Shown: positions 53,451 through 64,000 of the stretch, in pieces
Layout of the letters: every line of letters starts with the position of its first letter
How positions within the stretch are numbered: position 1 is the first letter of the stretch
Source: Adineta vaga
Lineage: Eukaryota > Animalia > Rotifera
DNA length: 64,000 nt
NCBI GenBank assembly: GCA_021613535.1
Contig: CP075495.1
Location: 6,820,001 to 6,884,000 of the forward strand
Reading direction: 5' to 3'
Position numbers and translations under genes: made by a program
Notes under the pieces: model-generated
Databases searched by the model: none
Seen by the model: only the letters and a program-made list of their open reading frames with translations
What the model was told of the DNA's origin: nothing

Positions 53451-56053
53451 TTATACAGATACACTGCCTTCACGAAAATTTGTTCGCCCAATCAGACAAT
53501 TGATAAGTACGCTCTTTTGTTGTTGTTCATTGAGTTCATTTGCTTGTTGAAATATATCTCTCATACTGTTTTCATTGGTACGATCGAGTTGAAAACCTAC
53601 TCCACCTAACGATTCAACAACTTGATCATATTTGGAATACTAAAGAACAAACAATGTGAAATGTAGTCAAAATTGATTTTGATAGAATAAGAGAGTATAT
53701 TTCTAAATCTATACATACTTCCAATGAACATCCAACAATACTTCCTAATAATGGAACTTGATCACGAGCAATTTGACTCCAACAAGCATCATTACCCACA
53801 ATTGATATTACTGGTATCTATTAAGCAACAATATTCCTATCTATAAATTCAAATTATCTCTACATACTCTATGTCGAATAAATGTATCATATTCCATAAT
53901 ACTATAACCGAGTGCTCCATCGCCATAGATAATCCAAACACTTGCTTCAGGTCGAACTAATTTTGCACCGAGAGCAAATCCTGCTCCAACACCTAGTGTA
54001 CCAAAGGCACCGGGATCTAGCCAAGTTAATGGTGCACGTGGACGAAGTATATAAGCAGCTGTAGCTACAAAATCACCACCATCACCAACCAAAATTGCAT
54101 TATCAGGTAGTTGATTTTCTAATTCTTGTAAAACACGAACTGGATTTAAGTGAATTTCTGTTGTTTCTAATCCCTTTTGTCTACAAATCAAGTAAGAAAT
54201 GAATATTGATCATAAAGATATCATATATTATTACCGATTTCCTTCTTCTTTAATATTATCTTTATTACGAAGAGTTTCAAGCCAAGAATTCGAACATCGA
54301 TAATTTTTCTCCGCTAAAATTTTATGTAATCGTACGAGAAAATTAGCAGGATCACCTTTAATCGGTAATGTTGGTTTCCAAAAGACATCACTATTCTAGA
54401 ACGAAACAAAACGAAACGAATCATTTCTTTCTTTCTTTTCATAAAAATTCAATATAGTTTTACTTGATGTAAACTAAATGAATTTCGATTAACAATAATT
54501 ATTTTCGATTTTCTTGAAAGAACTTTTCCATAACCAAGACGAAAATCACAGACAGCTCCTAGAAAGATTTCAAAGTTTATTAGAACATTTTAATTCAATA
54601 TATTTTACCAATCAAAAGAACAACATCAGCATCTTTTAGTGCTTCTTTTCGACAATGACGAAATTGGATTGTACTATTTCTACCCAATAGACCTCGTGTC
54701 ATACCACCAAGAAAACATGGAATATTCATTGACTAGTAAAGAAATATAAATTGATTTGTAGCTGAAAATTGAATCGATTTACTTCAAGTGCTTCAACAAC
54801 AGCACTAGTAGATGTGGGCGGAAGAGTAGTTTGACTACCTAATAAACACACTGGACTTTTAGCTGATCGAATCAATGCTGCTGCTTTTTGAACTAAAATC
54901 AAATCAAATTAGATTTTTTTTTCTAGTTAGACATGATTTTACTTGAAGTATTAGATGCATAAGGTATTTGAGGTGGCATAGGTGTAACAGATTGTTTATC
55001 CCAAGCTCCAGCAAATGTTCCACGAATATAAGTAGATAAATATCTAAATGTAAATAAATATTTCTTTCAAATAATAATTATGATTTGGTTTGTTAATTTA
55101 CAAATTTGCCAATCGATCAGGTAGAGTTTTAGGATTAGGTTTAAGTCCAACCTCGCGTTCAACTATATGGAATGGATAGAGAACATCAATTGGAAATTCA
55201 ACAAATACAGGTCCTAGAGATAGAACAAAAAAGTTTTTACATTGAATCAGATATTGTTTTTACCAGGTGTTCCTGATTGAGCAATATAAATAGCATTTCG
55301 AAGAATATTTGGAATTTCACGTACACGTTTGACACTGATAGTATATTTACATATAGATTTAAATAATGACATATGATCAATATCTTGTAATGCACCACGT
55401 CCTTTAGAAAGATTAGCAGCACAACCACCGATTAATAATAATGGACTTTCAGCCATCTGCGCATTTTTTATTGCTGTAACAGTATTGGTTAAACCTGAAT
55501 AATAGAATTTATTAGTTCAAGATTTCAAAAACTAAATAGTAAATTTAAATTACCAGGACCAGCAGTAACAACACAAACACCAATTTTACCACTTAGACGA
55601 GATACAGCATCAGCTTTATGAAAAACAAATCATATTTACATATATTTTTATACATAATGATTTGAATCAGAAGACTATACCAGCAAATGCGGCATTGACT
55701 TCATGACGAGTATCGATAATACGTATGCCACGTTTTTCACAAGCAACTAAAATTGGTGATATATGACCACCAGATAAACAAAATAAATAGGGAATTCCAT
55801 GTGCCTAATAGTACAAAGAAAAAGATTTGTATTTGAATTCATCTATTCATTTACTTTTAAAACATCAGCAACAAGTTCACCACCGTATGCTGTTGAATTT
55901 TCATCAACCTAAAAGAAATTGTTGAATGAATTGATACGATTTGTTTAGATATAAACTATTAACCTTATATATCAGTGTGTATATCCATCGAGTTTTGTAA
56001 CCAATATAAAAAAAGAATATCAATGAGATTAAGATGACTAGGAAGAATAGCAT
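53451..56053 (-). CDS. ILVBL: 2-hydroxyacyl-CoA lyase 2 / acetolactate synthase-like (ThDP-dependent)
   Basis: N-terminal membrane anchor; [97 protein letters not shown]. Confidence 0.93.
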
Positions 56054-56488
56054 CTAGAATATATGAATATGAGATATTGTACAAAAATGATATTGTAAAA
56101 CAAGCTACGTCTTATAGTTATTATTATTAATATAATATTTGAGTCAACGCTGTGCAATGATTCATATCTACATAGTTATTAGCAACTTAACCAGTCAGAC
56201 AGAATGAGTGAAAATAATGTTTGTTCGTTTCTCTGATGACAATATACTCGTCAACTTCTGTCATCTGTTGAGTCAAACCAAATATTCTTTTCAAAGCTAT
56301 AGTAACAGAAAATGAGTGGAAAAGTAAAAGCTTATTTTAGCTGTTGCTAGAATGGTCGCCGTTTTGTCTGCTACAAAGTAAATATTATTTCAATGAGTAC
56401 ACAATGAAATATATCCATCTACAACAAACGTATTTTAATGCATTAAAAACATTTGCAAGTCTAGATTTACAATTATATCACAAAGTTT

Positions 56489-56959
56489 CTATTGAAATTC
56501 TAAATCGTGAAGATAATTGGTATTTAATAATATTTCAATAAGAAATATTAAATGTAAAATAGCTACATTATGTGTACGAATACGAATAGATTCAATGTAA
56601 GTAGCTCTAAATGGTATATGTGGAAACTTTTTGACTTGATGTTGATAAGTGACTGATGCGAAATAATAGACTAGAAATGAGCAATAATTCGGAGAATAGA
56701 GAATAACAGCAACAACAACAACGTTTGATAAAGGTGTTTCCAATGCTCGACGATCCGTTGATTTGTCAATATTTAATGTGATAGCTGAACATGTATAATA
56801 AAAAGCGTATGGTAGAATACCAATAACAATGAAAATAGTGTGTAGAAAAATCATGGATGTCAAATGACGATGAAAATTCTGACGATTTTGAACATTTTTT
56901 AATAAACTTACATTTCGATAAGTTAGAATATCAAAAATAATTAAAATAGTGATAGGTAA
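56489..56959 (-). pseudogene. 5'-truncated class-A-like GPCR fragment (TM5-TM7)
   Basis: LPITILIIFDILTYRNV...HRHLTSMIFLHTIFIVIGILPYAFYY...NYCSFLVYYFASVTYQHQVKKF; no TM1-TM4 visible upstream. Confidence 0.65.
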
Positions 56960-57335
56960 TTGTGACGATTTTTGATAGAAGAGACTCTAGCGCTGATGGA
57001 TCTACGCTTCCTTTGTTTCTTCATATCATATATCGCGTTCTTTTCATACAAAACAGTCATTTATATACCCTTCCAAAAGGAAACGGTCAAAGGATTATAA
57101 TGATAGAATACAAAATAAGAACAAAATGCAATGTGACCCCATACAAAAGGTAAACTGAAATATAAAGCAAATATGCAAAAACTTGAATGATTTATAAAAC
57201 AAGTAAGGCAACACAAACGTTGCTAAGCCCACTACTGAAAGAAACATTTCGTAGAGTCATAGATGGACAATGGTTGAAATTTAACCGAATTTCGATTAAC
57301 TTATATGATCGATCTTTAGAGTATCCATCTATTAA

Positions 57336-57860
57336 CCCTAGTAGTACCAGCCAGGATAATTTTTGACCCTGTCTAAAAAATTTAAGAATACTCTAGAAAT
57401 ATTTGTTCTTTTCCTAGTTTTTAGAAACAATTACCATCTTTTACGAATAGATATACGTTATTAAATCTAAAAATGAATACATTTATTTTCCATATCATTA
57501 CAATCTTTTGATTCAAGGCCTTATGTCTTCAATATACAATAAATAAATAACAAAGAAAAAAAGGAAAACCTGCAATATGTAATTCAATGATTTATTCGCT
57601 AATCTAATTGAATATAAACATTTCCAATCCATTAAAAAACATTTCTTTACATGGTTTCGATCTATTCGATTGCCATAGTAGATAATTTATAGCGTTATTA
57701 TAATGCAAACGTATGGCTTGTCTGACTCTTGTTTTATTTGTTTTTGAACAATGAAGCTAAAATATCATATTGAGAGCTTATAGAATAGTGATAAAGAAGA
57801 TTATTTTATAAAAATATATGTTGCTAGTATAGTGCGTAAAAAAGGCTGGTACTACTAGAG
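57336..57860. mobile_element. Non-autonomous piggyBac-type MITE, 525 bp, TTAA target-site duplication
   Basis: TTAA|CCCTAGTAGTACCAGCC (57336-57352) ... GGCTGGTACTACTAGAG|TTAA (57844-57860): 17-bp terminal inverted repeats with 1 mismatch; no internal ORF. Confidence 0.85.
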
Positions 57861-58178
57861 TTAATATATTTTTATTTCTATATATAAGTACGCAGAAAGA
57901 CATTTTTTTTTATAGATTCTTTCTAAAAATAAAAGTATTAATACATAGTAACTCTTTTCCCTTTACACCAAAGTAAACCATTCAGTACATCTCTTCGAAT
58001 CAGAAATCTGATTCTACAATCCAATAGAAACCTTGTCAACTTGAAAATATTTTTAGATACAATAATAAACCAGATGAACTATTCATACTGCGTTAAGATA
58101 TTTATTTCCGTCTATGAGCACATATTTACAGATTTCCAATAGTGAATAATATGCGGAGAGTTATGTCTTTCGATTAGT

Positions 58179-59295
<1,117 letters not shown>

Positions 59296-59834
59296 CTTAA
59301 ACAAACGAGAATAGAAAAGAGATCTTTCGTTCTTTAGATAATTCGAAACAATTTAAAACGAAAAAGTCTCGTCTATTTCCAATGCAAATAAATATGTCTA
59401 AGTACTTGAAATAATATTATCTTTGATGATACTATTTTTCATGTTTATTACCAGTCGAACAATAACTTTCATCCAATCAGAAGTAAAATTGGACTCGTTG
59501 CGCTTTTTGTTTTTTAATAATTTTCTTTTTTATTAATAGGTATATCTCTAATAAAATGGAGTAATATTATGTTGTGGTATGCGCCGCTATCGACGTGTTT
59601 CTTTTTCACCAGCAGTAGCGACAACATTCTGAAACTTTATACTTGCGAAAGAATGAAAGAAAGAAGGCACTTTTTTTTTCTCTGACTAGGAAGTAGGAGA
59701 AAACATATTGTGATGTTATGTGAGTTTCCAATGTTTGTCTAAAATGAAAAACAGCATGCTTTTATACTTTAAATTTTCGTATGATTTTTCATTAAGAACT
59801 AGATCTTTTATATCTATTCTAGAGATATTTGAAT

Positions 59835-62800
59835 ATGTCAAATTCACGACGACCCAATGTATGTAAAGATGTTTTTATATAGATAGATTTTTTTATCATT
59901 TTTCTTTTCTTAGTATAACAATAATAATCGTGGACATGCACGCGGTGGGAGAAATCCAAACTATCGACAACATTATCAACAACAAACGAGTACGTATCAT
60001 TTAAAATTATTGTCCAGATGATGAATAATTCAAAATGGAGATTTCCAAAAGAACGAAAATATTTGTTTTATTACTCTTATACTTATATATCATCATATTA
60101 TAGAAGAAGTTTTCAACCAATAATCTACTCACCTTAGACAATGCTTTACATAATTAATTTATTACGTAAATGTAAACATATGTTTTTTTTTGTCAGCTTC
60201 TGATCAATATGCATATGGTCCACAAGATGGAGGATTTGATACAAGTGAATGGGGAAATTATACAGCCTATTATCCTGTATCACATCTAAATAATCCAAAT
60301 CAGTTACGTGGCAACAATCCAAGACCTCGATCAAATCATCAAAATAATCAATCTCGGCAACAAACATCGAATAATAACACAGTAGTATGTATTAATTAAT
60401 GGTTTATCTTTTACAAACACTGGGAAAATTCAATATGAAATTTCTTCTAGGCATGTGAAGAATATTTAAGTGAAGAACAAGTTTTAAAAGAGATTGCGGA
60501 AAAGAAAGCTATACGTGGAATTCTTCGTATCAATGCTAAACAATATACTGATGCATTTATTAGTGATCCCGTAATAGATCGAATGAACTTTATTAGAATA
60601 CAAATGATTTTAATTTCATTCTAGGATGGTGGTTCGGACTATTATATTGATAATATTCGTGAACGAAATCGAGCATTGAATTTAGATGAAGTAGCTGTAC
60701 AAATAAAACCTAAACGGCAATGGAAAATTATACCTGAATTCTCCACTCTGGTAAAAAAATTGATTCTTTCTCTTATAGATTGATGATATTAACTATTGTT
60801 TTTTCAAAATTTTTCATTAAAGGTTGATCGTTGTATTCGTAATGTACGAAATGGTAGTACATTAACTGACGATCAAGATAAATTGAATGAGAATAATCCA
60901 CCTCAGAATTCTCCATCAAAACGTGATAATAAACGAGACACTATCAATACATTGAATGCTGACAATATTAATTTAACTAATGAAATGATCAATAAAATAC
61001 CAGATGAATATTTTCAAAGAACAGTTAAAGTAGTATATCTCTTTCGACGACGACATACAATGAAAGCTGCTGGATTAATTCGAAAAATGCCCGATAATAA
61101 TCCAAATTTTGTTTTATTTTCTCCTATGGATAGGTAAATATTTCTTTCTCCTTAGTTCAATTAGAAAAGTGACACTTAAGAGTTTCCTTCTCTCATTTCA
61201 TTAAATGGTTTTTCCAAATATGTACTTCATATGTTTAGTCGTATACCTCGTTTAATGATTCCAATGGAAAATTGTCCACCCGGTAAATATGATCAAAGTT
61301 ATTCTTTTCTCGTTTAACTAGTAAATTTATTCTCATATAGATTTCAAAGATCGTCCTAATGATTATGAGAAGGCATTGTTTGTTGCTAAAATTATTGATA
61401 TACCTGCGGATAAAAAATATGCACGCGGGTAAATTAAATTGTATGATCTAATATCATCGTGCGTAAGACATTTTTTTTTAGAGAACTAATGGAAAATCTC
61501 GGTGATGCAGATACTATTGAAGCACAGAGTAAAGCTATTTTAATGGAAAATGATATTCGAGATGAAGAATTCACTGATGAAGTAAATTGGTTTCGATTTT
61601 ATGATTTGTTTTCACGAAATAAGTTCTATTTTTTTTTCTATAGGTAATTAAATGTTTACCGTTAGAAAAGGATAAATGGACTGTTCCTGAAGAAGAATTT
61701 TCTAAACGATTAGATCTTCGTAATCAATGTATCTTTACCATTGATCCGGCCACTGCACGAGATCTTGATGATGCACTTAGTTGTGAACGATTAGAAAATG
61801 GTATTTACAAATTTTTAATTCTTTTAGAAACAATCTGAACATGTATCATCATTTTAAGGACATTATAAAGTTGGTGTACATATTGCTGATGTAAGCTTTT
61901 TTGTTCAAGAACAAACACCACTTGATACGGAAGCTGCACAACGTACAACTAGTGTTTATCTTGTTGAACGAGTAAGATAAAGAAAAGACTAATATGTTTC
62001 ATTTTAAAACGAATTTGTTTTAGGTCATTCCAATGTTACCTCGTCTACTATGTGATCGATTATGTAGTTTAAATCCTAATGAAGATCGCTTGACATATTC
62101 CGTGATTTGGACAATGAATGAACAAGGCGATGTAAGAGTTTCATTCATTTTCTACTACTACTTATACTTTTATTTCTCTACCTAGATTCTTGATGAACAA
62201 TTTACACGTAGTATTATTCGATCGTGCGTTAAATTAAGTTATGATCATGCTCAGGTATATTTATATTTGAAATATGAAGTTATTTAATACGATTTCTATC
62301 TTTTCATCAAACAGGATATTATTGATCATCCGGATAAACAATTCCAAACGAGTGATTTTCCGCCTATAACAAATAATTACTCTGTTAATGATATTACACG
62401 AACAGTTTTACAATTATATGAAATTTCAAAAGTTCTACGTAGTAAACGTGTTGGTGCACTAACATTAAATCAACCCAAATTGCAATATAACATGAAAGCT
62501 GATACAAAAATTCCTATGAGTTTTTCTATCTATCAACAAAAAGAAAGTAATCGTTTAGTCGAAGAATATATGCTTTTAGCAAATATGCAAGTAGCAAAAA
62601 AATTGTGTTTAACTGAACGTATATTTGAAAAAGTTATTCTACGTCGTCATCCACCACCAAATGCAACAGCCATACAAAATACATTAAAACTCATTAAATC
62701 AGCTGGAATTAATATCGAAGGACAATCATCAGATGAAATTGCTAAAGCAATTCGTAGTATTAACGATGAATCAACACAAAAATTACTTATACATCTACTT

Positions 62801-64000
62801 GCTAAATCAATGCAATTGGCAATTTATTGTTGTGCATCTTGTGCACCTAATAATGATTATTCACATTATGCACTCAATGTCGCTTATTATACACATTTTA
62901 CATCACCTATTCGACGATATCCCGATATTCTTGTTCATCGATTACTTGGTGCAACGCTTGGTAAATAAACATGAAAATAAATCGATTGTATTTTTTGCTC
63001 TTCTAGATTACAATGAAAATCTTTATCAAACACCACGAGCACTGGAACAAATTGCTCAATTATGTAATGAAAAGAAATTAAATGCTAAAGCATGTTCTGA
63101 ACGTAGTGCTGAATTGTACTTAGCTGTCTTAATTCGAGTAAGTTTTGTATATTCATCGATCCATATCAATAGTGTTCCTTCAACATACCTATATATATAT
63201 GACCTTTAACCTGTTTCATTATAATTGTCATTGATATGTTTAACCTTGATTACGGTCATTTGTTAGATAGAAATAATTAATTGCTTAATTTTAAACATAG
63301 AAAAATTAGAAAATATTCACATAGATACGAATCGATCTTGTGAGTTTAAGTTATTTATTGTAACATTGAATAGTGAAGGACAAAATGAGAAAGATTTTCT
63401 TTTGTTGATAGCTCTATCTTATTTACAAATGTCATAGCAAATATAAATTCAAGGTGTATGTTTGATTGAGTGTGAAAGAATCACTGATTCTTGTATCTTA
63501 TTCGAATGATCATTGATTTGATATTAAAAGAGAATTATAAAACTAAATATATTTAACAATTCTATAGATATGTAATTCATGCTTAATCTTTTAGGAATAT
63601 GGTACAATTTCTGATGAAGCTGTTATTGTTGGAGTTAAAGATGAAAGTCTTGATGTTTATCTCTTTCGTATTGGTGTACCAGTACGTGCTGGTATTAATG
63701 TAAGTATGCGATTAGTAATGAAATATGATTAGACATCTTGTTTTGTAGAATTTACCATTGGATCATCCACGTACGAGCTTTCAAAAATTACCATCAAATC
63801 AATCAGCAGAATTAACAATCTATTGGAAAGATAATGATCCACCACAAACTGTCAAACAAGTTTTAAAACCATTCGACATTGTGAATGTGGATATTGTGTC
63901 CGAATTCGATCTAAATATGAAAAAATTGAAACTAACAGTTTGTTTTCTTACCGAAAAGGAAATTTGTTTTGACTAAAAAACATCAACATATTTTTCTTTG
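59835..64000 (+). CDS. DIS3L2: DIS3-like exonuclease 2 (RNB family), 3' end outside the window
   Basis: No PIN domain; [101 protein letters not shown]. Confidence 0.93.

Overview
AT-rich, gene-dense eukaryotic (animal) DNA with many short GT-AG introns, mostly about 50-65 nt. This architecture, together with a bacterial-type GH92 gene lying among core metazoan genes, fits a bdelloid rotifer; that is an inference, not a proven assignment. About 22 spliced protein-coding genes can be followed, in order: two tandem ALDH1/2 genes, a Myb/SANT-like trihelix gene, PLK4, a divergent glypican, a GH92 alpha-mannosidase, a BUB1-family kinase, an acetyl-CoA hydrolase/CoA-transferase, a Meis/homothorax TALE homeobox gene, PPP1R36-like, a neuronal calcium sensor, a secreted orphan, a coiled-coil orphan, two tandem DDX19/Dbp5 helicases, BCKDK, a GIMAP/AIG1 GTPase, an RYamide-type neuropeptide precursor, a Shisa-like gene, an uncharacterised gene, ILVBL, HTATIP2 and DIS3L2 (runs off the end). 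There is also a GPCR fragment and a 525-bp TTAA-flanked piggyBac-type MITE. The most notable observations are a DDX19 paralog carrying a long nucleoporin-like FSF(N)-repeat N-terminus only 155 bp downstream of its sister gene, a glypican stalk with acidic Tyr clusters instead of Ser-Gly heparan-sulfate sites, a gene-conversion patch between the ALDH copies, and horizontal-transfer candidates. Exon boundaries were read by eye and are approximate; no database searches were run.
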